Source of the DNA: an uncultured Dehalococcoidales bacterium
Lineage (GTDB): Bacteria; Chloroflexota; Dehalococcoidia; GIF9; UBA5629
Reading direction: 5' to 3'
Assembly (NCBI GenBank): GCA_964413085.1
Contig: CAYPRI010000002.1
Coordinates: 7,373 to 61,920 of the forward strand
DNA length: 54,548 bases
Part shown: positions 8,812-17,639 of the stretch, piece after piece
Layout of the letters: each line of letters opens with the position of its first letter
Numbering within the stretch: position 1 is the stretch's first letter
Notes under the pieces: generated by a model
What the model was told of the DNA's origin: nothing
Database searches by the model: none
The model's input: only the letters and a program-made list of their open reading frames with translations
Program-made: the position numbers and the translations under genes

Positions 8812-9912
8812 CTATTTCTTACTTATCATGCTCTGGACCGCTGTAATTAGCGCGTTGGCTACCAGAGACCCGGATTGTGATCTATAAGAATCTCCCATAG
8901 GGCTGTTGGAGACAAGGGCATTCACAATTTCTTCCTGATTAACACCGACATTTGATTTGGATTTTTGCTGCGGCTTCTGCTGTGCCTGGCGAAGCAGAGA
9001 ACCTATTATGTCGCTGACGCCTGCGCCAGGCTGTTGCTGCGGTTTCTGCTGACCCTGGCGGATTAGTGACCCTATTATATCGCCTATACCCCCGCCTGGC
9101 TGCTGTTGTTGTTGTGGTTTATGCTGTGCCTGGCGAAGCAGCGAACCTATTATGTCGCCGACGCCTGCGTCTGGCTGTTGCTGCTGTGGTACTTGTTGTG
9201 GTGGTTCCTGCCGTGGCGGAGGCGCACCATTGATGAAGGTCATGTACTCCGCTGGTTCCGCGTCTTCGCTTTCGCCGACGGCGATGTTCCACTTGTATTG
9301 AGTGCCATCATTCATAAAGCCAAGTTTAGTAACGGAGAGGATATCGTTCGCACCCTTAGTGATGCGGTCGGACTCATCTACGACCAACCTATTAAGGTTC
9401 AAACAAATACTGATGCGGCTGGAATTATCTTTAGTCCTCCTAACCGTGAACCAGTACTTGGTTGCTCCCGGTGAGGCTTTCCATCGAAAAGTGATGGATT
9501 TACCAGAGACATAGGAACCGTCAAAGGGTGAGACCATTAAGCCAGCAGATTGCCGTACAGGTGCCTCGCCTACTCCCAATATAGTCGGTATCAGCGTCAT
9601 AACATTGTCGGAATTCATTTGTTTGCCTGCAAATTGCTGGGAGGCCTGTGACAGACCTTTGGCATACAGCTGCGCTGATCCGCTTTTCTGCTGACTCAAT
9701 ACCTCGGCAGCATGCGCTAACTGGCTAGATGGATCTGCCCCCTGTTTTTCCTTCATGGCGTTGCTAATTAGCTGGAAGACGTTAACCATGTTATCCCCGT
9801 GATCATGGTTGTTGGTGTCGGCTTTATTCAGGCTTTCTTTGTTCTGGTTCAGCGTACCGATAACTGACTGAAATAAATTACCCAGATCGATTGGACTTGA
9901 TGGATTAGACAT
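8812..9912 (-). CDS. DAK2-like N-terminal domain protein with an inserted Fn3-like module and Gln-rich tandem repeats
   Basis: 366 aa. The N-terminus NKESLNKADTNNHDHGDNMVNVF and the C-terminus SPMGDSYRSQSGSLVANALITAV resemble a family usually annotated as DAK2 domain-containing. The middle carries FRWKASPGATKYWFTV...YKWNIAV. SD GAAGGGAGGG lies upstream, and the ATG is 28 nt downstream of the tRNA 3' end. Confidence 0.65.
   Translation of the reverse strand: MSNPSSPIDLGNLFQSVIGTLNQNKESLNKADTNNHDHGDNMVNVFQLISNAMKEKQGADPSSQLAHAAEVLSQQKSGSAQLYAKGLSQASQQFAGKQMNSDNVMTLIPTILGVGEAPVRQSAGLMVSPFDGSYVSGKSITFRWKASPGATKYWFTVRRTKDNSSRISICLNLNRLVVDESDRITKGANDILSVTKLGFMNDGTQYKWNIAVGESEDAEPAEYMTFINGAPPPRQEPPQQVPQQQQPDAGVGDIIGSLLRQAQHKPQQQQQPGGGIGDIIGSLIRQGQQKPQQQPGAGVSDIIGSLLRQAQQKPQQKSKSNVGVNQEEIVNALVSNSPMGDSYRSQSGSLVANALITAVQSMISKK
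8965..9186 (-). repeat. three in-frame tandem repeats (about 72-81 nt each)
   Basis: The repeats encode QP(D/G)(A/G)G(V/I)(G/S)DIIGSL(L/I)RQ(A/G)Q(H/Q)KPQQQ. DNA copies are visibly near-identical, for example CCTATTATGTCGC(T/C)GACGCCTGCG. Confidence 0.8.
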
Positions 9913-9940
9913 CTAATTACCCTCCCTTCACCTATTTTTT

Positions 9941-10015
9941 TGGTGGCAGCGACTGGATTTGAACCAGTGACCAAGGGCTTATGAGTCCCCTGCTCTACCA
10001 CTGAGCTACGCTGCC
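9941..10015 (-). tRNA. tRNA with CAT anticodon (elongator Met or lysidine-modified Ile2), CCA encoded
   Basis: The reverse complement folds as a cloverleaf. Acceptor GGCAGCG/CGCTGCC, D stem GCTC/GAGC, anticodon loop CTCATAA, T arm ACTGG-TTCAAAT-CCAGT, then ACCA. G1:C72 is paired, so it is not an initiator. The layout resembles ileX-type tRNAs. There is an A31/G39 mismatch. Confidence 0.9.
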
Positions 10016-10050
10016 ACGGACTTAAAAATTAACACACCACGCGGAGCGTG

Positions 10051-11688
10051 TCAAACCTTCCGTATTTGTTTTGATTTCTTGACAGACCCAGACCTGAAAT
10101 ACTGACCCAATGCGGCCCGGCCCAAATATTCCTGAACCTGCCGGCCCTGCTCTGCCTGGCTCCATTTAAGAAGCCGCCCCATCTCCTGGGCCACTGTCTC
10201 CGCCGCGTCCAGTCCCTGGCACGACATAAGCCCAACCGCGGTCCGGCGAAGCAGAAAATCGGACACGGTCAGTGCGCCTTCCTCTTTGATGCTATGTTCA
10301 ACCTGTGCCAGTATATCCGGACTATGGGCACAGAGGCGCTGCCCGCCGCTTTTTCCCTTAGCCACGATTTTTAGAACCCGCGAAAAACGCGACCCGTAAA
10401 GAGCGGCCAGATGTCTGACGGTGTTCAGTGGTAGCGTGCTTTGCCTGGCAGCCTCAGCCATTTGTTTCTGAGATACGGCCGGTGCTCCCGGCAAAGGCAC
10501 ATCGGCCGTGGTACATTTGGCTTTGACTCCGAGCTTGCGGCAGACCGTATCGACGGTGTCTTTGGCTACGGCGCGGTAGGCAGTTATTTTGCCGCCCAGC
10601 ACAGAGACCAGGCCATCGATGCCGTCCTTTAGTTTGTGGTCGAGCACCCGGTGCTCGCGCGTGATATCGGACGGCCGTTCACCGCCGGAGTGAACCAGCG
10701 AGCGCAATCCGGCAAAGGTATAAATTATGTCCTCCTCCCGCAGCTTAGGGAAGACCTGCTTAAGGCTGGTCAGCATGTAATCCACGTCGGATTTATCAGC
10801 GCAAACGTCATCGAGGTCGCCCCTATAGTCGGTATCTGTGGTGCCTATCAGCGTGTAGTCCAGCCAAGGCATAACGAAGAAAAGCCTGCCGTCAACGGGA
10901 GAAAATAACACCAGCCCTTTCTGGGTCAATTTGGGAGTCAGCAAATGTATGCCCTTTGTGCGGCGGACAGTGCTCGCAGGGCTGCCACGCAGTAGATCCC
11001 TGACACAATCTACCCAGTGGCCGGCGGCATTGACTACCAGCCGCGATTTAACTTTATAGGTCTCTCCGGTCAGACAGTCCCGGACTTGTATACCTGCCAC
11101 ATCGTTGCCGCTTCTTAGAAAACCGATAAGCTCACCATGATTGGCAATGGTGGCGCCGTTTTCCGCGGCGCTGAGCACATTCTCGATGCCTAGCCGTTCC
11201 GTAAACGGGGCCTGGCAATCATAATACATGAAAGCCCCTCTCAGCCCCTTAAGCTCATCCAGTTCAGGCTCTATTTCCAGCACCTCGCGCTTTGAAAGGT
11301 GCTGCTGAGACGGTAACGACCTGCCTGAGGCCATCACGTCGTACATGCGCACGCCTATACCCAGAGCTACATCGTAGTAAAGGTTGGGTACGGGTATAAT
11401 GAACGGGAAGGGATGCACCAGATGTGGTGCAATTTTCAACAGGACTTCCCTCTCCAGCAGGTCCTGACGTACCAGGTGAAACTCCAGCATCCTGAGATAA
11501 CGCAGCCCGCCGTGAATCAAGCGCGATGAACGGGATGTGGTGCCATAGCCAAAGTCTTCTTTTTCGATAAGCAGTGTCTTAATACCGCGCAGAGAGGCAT
11601 CACGGGCAACGCCGGTGCCGATAATGCCGCCGCCCACCACAATCAGGTCGAATTTTTCCCTAGCGATGGCATCCAAATCTCTTTTCAT
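10051..11688 (-). CDS. glpD: FAD-dependent glycerol-3-phosphate dehydrogenase (GlpD/GlpA family)
   Basis: Start set at MKRDLDAIAREKFDLIVVGGGIIGTG (Rossmann GxGxxG) with SD GGAGAAG. The track ORF's 94-aa N-terminal extension overlaps glpK and is Pro/Arg-rich noise. The protein is 545 aa and the gene lies immediately downstream of glpK. Confidence 0.85.
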   Translation of the reverse strand: MKRDLDAIAREKFDLIVVGGGIIGTGVARDASLRGIKTLLIEKEDFGYGTTSRSSRLIHGGLRYLRMLEFHLVRQDLLEREVLLKIAPHLVHPFPFIIPVPNLYYDVALGIGVRMYDVMASGRSLPSQQHLSKREVLEIEPELDELKGLRGAFMYYDCQAPFTERLGIENVLSAAENGATIANHGELIGFLRSGNDVAGIQVRDCLTGETYKVKSRLVVNAAGHWVDCVRDLLRGSPASTVRRTKGIHLLTPKLTQKGLVLFSPVDGRLFFVMPWLDYTLIGTTDTDYRGDLDDVCADKSDVDYMLTSLKQVFPKLREEDIIYTFAGLRSLVHSGGERPSDITREHRVLDHKLKDGIDGLVSVLGGKITAYRAVAKDTVDTVCRKLGVKAKCTTADVPLPGAPAVSQKQMAEAARQSTLPLNTVRHLAALYGSRFSRVLKIVAKGKSGGQRLCAHSPDILAQVEHSIKEEGALTVSDFLLRRTAVGLMSCQGLDAAETVAQEMGRLLKWSQAEQGRQVQEYLGRAALGQYFRSGSVKKSKQIRKV

Positions 11689-11765
11689 GATCTTCTCCGA
11701 TTGATAATCTATTTCACCCTCACCCTGACCCTCTTCCATCAAGGGAGAGGGAAATGGTGGATTAC

Positions 11766-11784
11766 AGAGGGGCTTCGCCCCTCT
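11766..11784 (-). other. GC-rich hairpin in the glpK-glpD spacer
   Basis: AGAGGGGC-TTC-GCCCCTCT forms a perfect 8-bp stem. A second imperfect CCCTCT...AGAGGG pairing lies nearby. No U-tract follows on the transcribed strand. Confidence 0.3.
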
Positions 11785-11797
11785 TATACTCCCGAAC

Positions 11798-13297
11798 TTA
11801 TTCGGCCCAGCCGCGGGCCCGTTCCACGGCTCTTTTCCAGCCGGCGTAGAGGGCTTCCCTCTGGTCGTCAGACATCTTCGGCTCGTAGGTCTTGGCGACC
11901 TTCCACATACGGCTGAGCTGGTCCGTGTCCTGCCACATGCCAACTGCCAAACCAGCCAGGTAGGCGGCACCCAGAGACGTGGTCTCGGCTATGGCTGCCG
12001 GCTGTATGGGTATGCCGAGTATATCGGCTTGAAACTGCATCATGAGCGAATTAGCCGTGCCGCCGCCGTCGACGCGCAGCACCGGCAGTTTGAGGCCGGC
12101 TTCGGCAACCATGGCGTCGGCCACATCCCTTACCTGGTAGGCGATGGCCTCCAGCGTAGCTCTGGCTAAATGTCCTCCGGTGGTGCCTCGAGTCAGTCCA
12201 ACGATGGCGCCGCGCGCATACATATCCCAGTAGGGAGCGCCCAGGCCCACGAACGCCGGCACAAAGTAAACGCCGCCGTTGTCGGTAACCGACCGCGCTA
12301 ATGTTTCGCTTTCGCCGGCGCTTTTTATCAGGCGCAAGCCATCGCGCAGCCACTGAACGGCAGCGCCAGTAATAAAGACGCTTCCTTCCATGGCGTAGGC
12401 GACTTTGCCTCCCAGACCCCAGGCCACGGTGGTAAGCAGTCCTTTTTCAGAATGTATCGGCCTTTCCCCCGTGTTCAGCAGTATGAAAGAACCTGTGCCG
12501 TAGGTATTCTTGGCCATGCCCGGCTGGTAGCACGCCTGGCCGAACAGCGCCGCCTGCTGGTCTCCGGCGATGCCGGCCACGGGAATGCGGGCATCGCCCA
12601 GTAGTCCGGAAGCGGTTTCCCCATAAACCTGACTTGAAGGCACGGCTTTGGGCAGGACTGGTTCAGGAATATTCAGACTGGTTAATAGCTCCTTGTCCCA
12701 TTCCAGATTATTGATATTAAACAGCATGGTGCGGGAGGCATTGCTGTAGTCGGTGATATGTACGGCGCCGTCGGTCAGGTTCCACACCAGCCAGCTATCG
12801 ACGGTGCCGAAGAGAAAGTCGCCGTTCTCGGCACGGCGCTGGCCATCGGGCACGTTGTCCAGAATCCATCGCAGTTTAGTGCCGGAGAAATAGGCATCGA
12901 TTAGCAGGCCGGTCTTATTACGGACGGGCTCAACCATGCCCTGCTGCTTGAGGTCTTCACAAATGTGGGCCGTACGGCGGCACTGCCAGACGACTGCGTT
13001 GCTCACGGGCTTACCGGTGCGGCGGTCCCAGACGACGGTCGTCTCCCGCTGGTTGGTTATGCCCAATCCTTTTATCTGGGATGCCGTCGCCCCCGCCTGC
13101 TGCATGGCTTCTTTGGCCACGGCTAGGGAGGTCTGGAAAATTTCTACGGGGTCATGCTCCACCCAGCCGGGCTTGGGATAAATCTGGCGTATCTCACGGT
13201 CGGCGCTGGAAACTACCTGCCCCGACTCACCGAATAATAAAGCTGCGCTTCCCGTGGTCCCCTGGTCGATAACGAGAATATAGCTTTTGGCTGGCAT
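11798..13297 (-). CDS. glpK: glycerol kinase
   Basis: 499 aa. [30 protein letters not shown] and [10 protein letters not shown] are canonical FGGY/GlpK motifs. Confidence 0.95.
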   Translation of the reverse strand: MPAKSYILVIDQGTTGSAALLFGESGQVVSSADREIRQIYPKPGWVEHDPVEIFQTSLAVAKEAMQQAGATASQIKGLGITNQRETTVVWDRRTGKPVSNAVVWQCRRTAHICEDLKQQGMVEPVRNKTGLLIDAYFSGTKLRWILDNVPDGQRRAENGDFLFGTVDSWLVWNLTDGAVHITDYSNASRTMLFNINNLEWDKELLTSLNIPEPVLPKAVPSSQVYGETASGLLGDARIPVAGIAGDQQAALFGQACYQPGMAKNTYGTGSFILLNTGERPIHSEKGLLTTVAWGLGGKVAYAMEGSVFITGAAVQWLRDGLRLIKSAGESETLARSVTDNGGVYFVPAFVGLGAPYWDMYARGAIVGLTRGTTGGHLARATLEAIAYQVRDVADAMVAEAGLKLPVLRVDGGGTANSLMMQFQADILGIPIQPAAIAETTSLGAAYLAGLAVGMWQDTDQLSRMWKVAKTYEPKMSDDQREALYAGWKRAVERARGWAE

Positions 13298-13388
13298 AAG
13301 CGATATCCGACTACAAAACCAAAACAGTATAACACAAGTCTAAACTGGCTAATAGCCTCGCGGGTCGTTTGATTAAACTACGACCACC

Positions 13389-14825
13389 GTGCTACGCTTT
13401 AAAACAATACCAATGGTAAGGCCTTTCGTCTTAATAAATACGAATATCACGCGACCGCCGGTCACTCCGGTAGGCCTGGAATACGTGGCTGAAACATTAA
13501 ACCAGGCAGGAATCCCGATTAACATCATCGACCTGGCTTTTGAAGCCGATTGGCATGAAGCAATCAGAAGCCGGCTTAACGGTATCGAACCACTGGCCGT
13601 CGGGATTGGCGTACGCAATATAGACGATTCTTCTTTTGTTTCTAAAAAGTCGTTTTTACCCTGGATTAAAGAGGTTGTAGCGGAGGCCAAGAAATACACC
13701 GAAGCACCAATTGTACTGGGCGGCGTTGGCTTTTCAGTTATGCCGGCCGCGGTTCTGGAGGCCGTCAACGCCGATATGGGCATATACGGCGACGGTGAAG
13801 AGGCAGCGCTGCGTCTGGTTAGGTCGCTTATCGCCGGAGACAACGTTTCGACCGTACCCGGTATCGCTTACCGGCGCAATGGCAAAGTGGTTTGCAATCC
13901 AAGGCTGGACGTTGACCTCAATCGTCTGCCACATCCCCGCCGCAGACTGTTCGACAATCGAAAATATGAGCGGCTGGGAGCCATGGTCGGGGTAGAAACA
14001 AAGCTGGGCTGTGCGGAAGCCTGCATTTTCTGTGCCGACCCCATAGCCAAAGGGAAAAGGGCGCGGCTGAGGCCGCCCGATATTGTAGTCCAGGAAATTC
14101 AGGACCTTATTGAGCAGGGCATATCCTGGCTGCATTTCTGCGACAGCGAGTTCAACCTGCCCGTAAAACACGCCAAAGAGATTTGCCGAGCTATTATCAG
14201 CAAAAGATTGAGTGACAAGCTCAGATGGTATAGCTATTGCTCGCCGATTTCACTTGACAAGGAGCTGGCCAAGCTTATGAAACGCTCAGGTTGTGCCGGC
14301 GTTAACTTCGGCGTTGATTCCCTGTGCGATGAACAGCTGCTACGGTTGGGCAGAAGGCACAATTTAAAAGACGTTGCGGAACTGGTGCGTATACTTCGCC
14401 AGGAAGACATAAACTTCATGTTCGACCTGCTTTTAGGCGGGCCGGGGGAGACTGAGCAAACGGTAGGCGCAACCATCAACAAAATAAAAGAGTTGGATGT
14501 GCCTCTCACCGGCATATCTGTCGGCGTCCGCGTCTATCCGGACACTCCTTTAGGTAAGGCTGTGGCTACCGGCTTTAACCGTCGGGGGCTCCATCCCAGA
14601 TCGATTTCGCCTTCCCGGCCGGTCTATTATTTATCTCCTCAGCTGGTCAACAGGCCGTTAGAACTGGTACAAAGCCTTGTTGCCGATGACGCCCGTTTTT
14701 TGTTCCTGGCGGCGCCTTCGGATAAGGAAAGCTACAACTACGCTGGCGATGAATTTCTGTGCCGGCTGATAGAAGAAGGCCAGCGGGGAGCCTACTGGGA
14801 TATCATCCGGCGAGCAAAAGGGTAA
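13389..14825 (+). CDS. B12-binding-domain radical SAM protein
   Basis: The N-terminal segment is cobalamin-binding-like (VLINTNITRPPVTPVGLEYVAETL). CAEACIFC is a CX3CX2C motif. The start is uncertain: GTG 13389 or ATG 13413, neither with a clear SD. Confidence 0.75.
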   Translation: MLRFKTIPMVRPFVLINTNITRPPVTPVGLEYVAETLNQAGIPINIIDLAFEADWHEAIRSRLNGIEPLAVGIGVRNIDDSSFVSKKSFLPWIKEVVAEAKKYTEAPIVLGGVGFSVMPAAVLEAVNADMGIYGDGEEAALRLVRSLIAGDNVSTVPGIAYRRNGKVVCNPRLDVDLNRLPHPRRRLFDNRKYERLGAMVGVETKLGCAEACIFCADPIAKGKRARLRPPDIVVQEIQDLIEQGISWLHFCDSEFNLPVKHAKEICRAIISKRLSDKLRWYSYCSPISLDKELAKLMKRSGCAGVNFGVDSLCDEQLLRLGRRHNLKDVAELVRILRQEDINFMFDLLLGGPGETEQTVGATINKIKELDVPLTGISVGVRVYPDTPLGKAVATGFNRRGLHPRSISPSRPVYYLSPQLVNRPLELVQSLVADDARFLFLAAPSDKESYNYAGDEFLCRLIEEGQRGAYWDIIRRAKG

Positions 14826-14841
14826 CCATAAAGGAGCAGTT

Positions 14842-15171
14842 TTACTTTTCTTCCAGTGCCTCCATGGCGATGCAGCTATGAGCCAATCCGCCGCCGGCAC
14901 GCAGAGACGCCGCCACGAATATCGCCTCGGCCACTTCTCCTTCTGATGCACCGGCCGCTTTCGCTTTTTGGGTATGCGCCTCAATGCAGTAGGGGCACTG
15001 GGTAACGTGTGCGCAGGCCAGGGCAATCAGCTCCTTAACCTTTACGCTTAGGTTTCCCTCGGCGAAGACCTTGCCGTCGAAATTCATAAAAGCCTGCAAA
15101 ATTTCAGGTTTCAACTGGTACAGCTTACCCAGCTTGGAGACGGCGTCTTTGCGATAGTGACATTCAGCCAT
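14842..15171 (-). CDS. carboxymuconolactone decarboxylase / AhpD-like family protein
   Basis: 109 aa with the CPYCIEAH (CxxC) core typical of AhpD-like proteins. SD GAGGAG lies upstream. Confidence 0.8.
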   Translation of the reverse strand: MAECHYRKDAVSKLGKLYQLKPEILQAFMNFDGKVFAEGNLSVKVKELIALACAHVTQCPYCIEAHTQKAKAAGASEGEVAEAIFVAASLRAGGGLAHSCIAMEALEEK

Positions 15172-15214
15172 GTTAAACTCCTCTTCGAAAAATAATAACT
15201 TCGGTCAGGAAAAC

Positions 15215-16051
15215 TTATCGGAGGTGCTTCGTCAGCCAGTTCTCCATATCGACGAAGACCTGCTCGCGGTCGGGCTCGTTACATATTTCGTGATAGCAGT
15301 CATCGTAGATTTTTAACGTCTTGTCCTTTGAGCCGGCCCGGTCATAAAGCAGTATGCTGCCGCGTGGGTCGGACAACCGGTCTGCCATGCCGTGCATAAT
15401 CAATAAGGGCAGCTTTATCCCGGGCATCCCGTCGGGCAGCTGTTTCCACATCCTGGCTAGTTCGGCACCGGTCCGGGCAGGAATTTTGCCGCGAAATACC
15501 AGCGGATCGTTGACATAGGCATCGACGACGGATTCATCCCGGCTGATAAGTGAAGCGTCGAGTAGAGTAACTCCCATTTTAGGGGCCAGCGCCGATACTA
15601 TTCCGGCCATAGCCAGCAGTGCCGGTGAAACACCGGGTGCTGACACCAGGCTTGAGCCGGAAACCATTAGGCCAGCCAGTTCGTCTTGATGTTCGATGGC
15701 GTAGGCAACGGCTATGGTACCGCCCAGGCTGTGGCCGAAAAGAAAAATCTTGGCATTTTTATTTTCTTTTTTAACCTTATCGAAGAATGTTCTGAGGTCA
15801 ATCAGGTAATCATTAAAGTTGTCGACGTAGGCACGTATACCCTCCGATTTGCCGTGGCCGCGATGGTCGGGGGCGTAGACGGCATAGCCCTTGGGGACGA
15901 AGTAATTGACCAGGTTCTTGTAGCGTCCGCTGTGCTCAGCCAGCCCGTGCGCCACCAGTATTACAGCCCTGGGTTTTTTATCAGGCAGCCAGCACTGATA
16001 GTAAAGCTTGAGCCCTTTGTATCCGGTGAATCTACCCTCTTTGTGCTTCAT
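15215..16051 (-). CDS. alpha/beta hydrolase (lysophospholipase / monoacylglycerol lipase-like)
   Basis: 278 aa. HGLAEHSGRY, nucleophile elbow GHSLGG, and a C-terminal D...H. SD AAGGTGG lies upstream. Confidence 0.8.
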   Translation of the reverse strand: MKHKEGRFTGYKGLKLYYQCWLPDKKPRAVILVAHGLAEHSGRYKNLVNYFVPKGYAVYAPDHRGHGKSEGIRAYVDNFNDYLIDLRTFFDKVKKENKNAKIFLFGHSLGGTIAVAYAIEHQDELAGLMVSGSSLVSAPGVSPALLAMAGIVSALAPKMGVTLLDASLISRDESVVDAYVNDPLVFRGKIPARTGAELARMWKQLPDGMPGIKLPLLIMHGMADRLSDPRGSILLYDRAGSKDKTLKIYDDCYHEICNEPDREQVFVDMENWLTKHLR

Positions 16052-16301
16052 AATCCACCACCTTATTTAATTGTTAATATCTTTAGCCACCGTCAAAATG
16101 GGCGAAACAATTTCAGTAACCGGAGATTTAATTCCTCCGGGTCTTAAGACCCGCCAGGAGATACATAAACGGTATAAGAAATATCCACAACAGCCATAGA
16201 GCGTAAAAGACAGCCCAGTCCCATTTCTTCGTCTTCATAACGTACTACATTAATACTTCGGCAGAAGATGTGTCAAGTAGCCGGTGCACGGCATCCAGTC
16301 G

Positions 16302-17459
16302 TTAAGATAATTGGTAAAGTATAGAGTACATATAGCGATAGAACTGGGCGGCCTCGGCAATGACATGGTGGAGATTGGAGATGCGCGCCTTTAATAAGTC
16401 TTCAATGCTGACGTGATAGAAATGGCGAAAAATCCTGAAGTAAATTATATTCTTCCCGTCGATGGCGTCAAGCAGTTTGGTCGATTCCACCCAGGGTATA
16501 ACATCGTCATTGAAAGTGTGGATAATAGCGATTTTGGTGCCGTACTTGCCGATTTTGGTATGAGGCGACAGACTATCGAGCGTCCGCCGCAGTTTCGGGT
16601 CGAGCTTTGGCCACAGAACCTTTACCTTGCCCGGATCTCGATTTGAAAGCAGTTCCCAGGTTGCCTGTCCGGAAGCCGAGAGACGGCTCTTTGTAGACCT
16701 ATCCTTCTGGCCATCCAGCATTTGCTGGAGGCAAGCCCTGTCTCCAGCATCCGGTGTCAGCTCGACCAGCCACCTGGGTGCTTCCTGTATCAGCAGGTCG
16801 CGCGGTTTCCACGGCTTGGCCTCCTTGTCTTCTATGTATTGAAGTGCCATAACCGCCTGCAACCATTCATTGATATCGTAGAAGCCACCCCAGCAGGTGA
16901 TAACCGTCACATCCTTTTTTACGTCCTCATTGGCGGCCGCCAGGAAAACCAGCGGCGCGCTGAGGCAGACGCCCATGAGACCTATCTTCCCGTTGCAGCA
17001 ATCAAGTGCCGAGAGGTATTTGACGCCAGCCACGAGCGCGTCGATATCGTTCTGATGCAGCCTGAGCCGGTTTAAATTTTCCAGCTGCGGTACCAGCGAG
17101 ATAAAGCCGGCCTTAGCCAGACTCTGCCCGCCGAACCTCAGCGCTCTATCGTCTTTTCCGCCCTTAATGGCGCCGTGGGCCAGTATCAGCGCAGGATGAC
17201 GTTTTTTATCAGCGGGACGATAGAGATTGGCCTGAATATCTCGCCTGCCGCAACGAAAGGTAATCTCATCAACCGTCACGTCGCCCGGCACGTCGCCGGT
17301 ATTCTTTTTATAGCTGATGCCCAGGCTGACGATGGTGCCCAGGGTTCTTAGACCGACCCTTACCGGCTTCGACAGAAAGAATATTGCCAGCGAAGCCGCC
17401 ACTACTAGAGCTATCGATATCCACAGCCAGTTACTTATTAAAAATTGAAGCATCGGCAC
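16302..17459 (-). CDS. membrane-anchored alpha/beta-fold (dienelactone hydrolase-like) protein
   Basis: 385 aa with an N-terminal TM. The hydrolase-like core has GVCLSA at the expected nucleophile position (Cys, as in DLH). This is a weak family call. Confidence 0.45.
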   Translation of the reverse strand: MPMLQFLISNWLWISIALVVAASLAIFFLSKPVRVGLRTLGTIVSLGISYKKNTGDVPGDVTVDEITFRCGRRDIQANLYRPADKKRHPALILAHGAIKGGKDDRALRFGGQSLAKAGFISLVPQLENLNRLRLHQNDIDALVAGVKYLSALDCCNGKIGLMGVCLSAPLVFLAAANEDVKKDVTVITCWGGFYDINEWLQAVMALQYIEDKEAKPWKPRDLLIQEAPRWLVELTPDAGDRACLQQMLDGQKDRSTKSRLSASGQATWELLSNRDPGKVKVLWPKLDPKLRRTLDSLSPHTKIGKYGTKIAIIHTFNDDVIPWVESTKLLDAIDGKNIIYFRIFRHFYHVSIEDLLKARISNLHHVIAEAAQFYRYMYSILYQLS

Positions 17460-17639
17460 ACCGGTGACTAACTTTAGTTATCCAGTCTATTTTTGTCAAA
17501 CTTGGCTCGCGTATTTAATGACCAAAACGTAGTTTGGCGGTTTATCGGCTGCTGTGCTATATTTCACCCAGACAGACATTTCTCTGTCCGGTTCGCTAAG
17601 CTGAGATAGCAATAGTCTTTGAAGGGAGGGGTAAAAATC

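Noticed and set aside
10016-10050. A short hairpin, CACGC-(3 nt)-GCGTG, downstream of glpD, considered as a terminator before the tRNA.
   Set aside because: The stem is only 5 bp and the T-run is displaced by about 9 nt. That is too weak to call, and the tRNA may well be co-transcribed.
11689-11970. A 94-aa N-terminal extension of the glpD ORF (track start 11970).
   Set aside because: The extension overlaps the 3' end of glpK and reads as Pro/Arg/Gly-rich noise. A proper SD and ATG sit at 11688, directly before the FAD-binding GxGxxG.
12051-13272. Several 60-100-aa Arg-rich ORFs on both strands inside glpK (for example 12051-12353, 12936-13181, 13081-13272).
   Set aside because: They are typical shadow ORFs of a GC-rich, confidently identified gene, with Arg/Pro/Gly-dominated composition.
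16128-16238. A 36-codon minus-strand ORF (MKTKKWDWAVFYALWLLWIFLIPFMYLLAGLKTRRN) in the 250-bp gap between the two hydrolase genes.
   Set aside because: It is hydrophobic and plausible-looking, but it has no SD upstream and is too short to judge. It is not reported as a feature.
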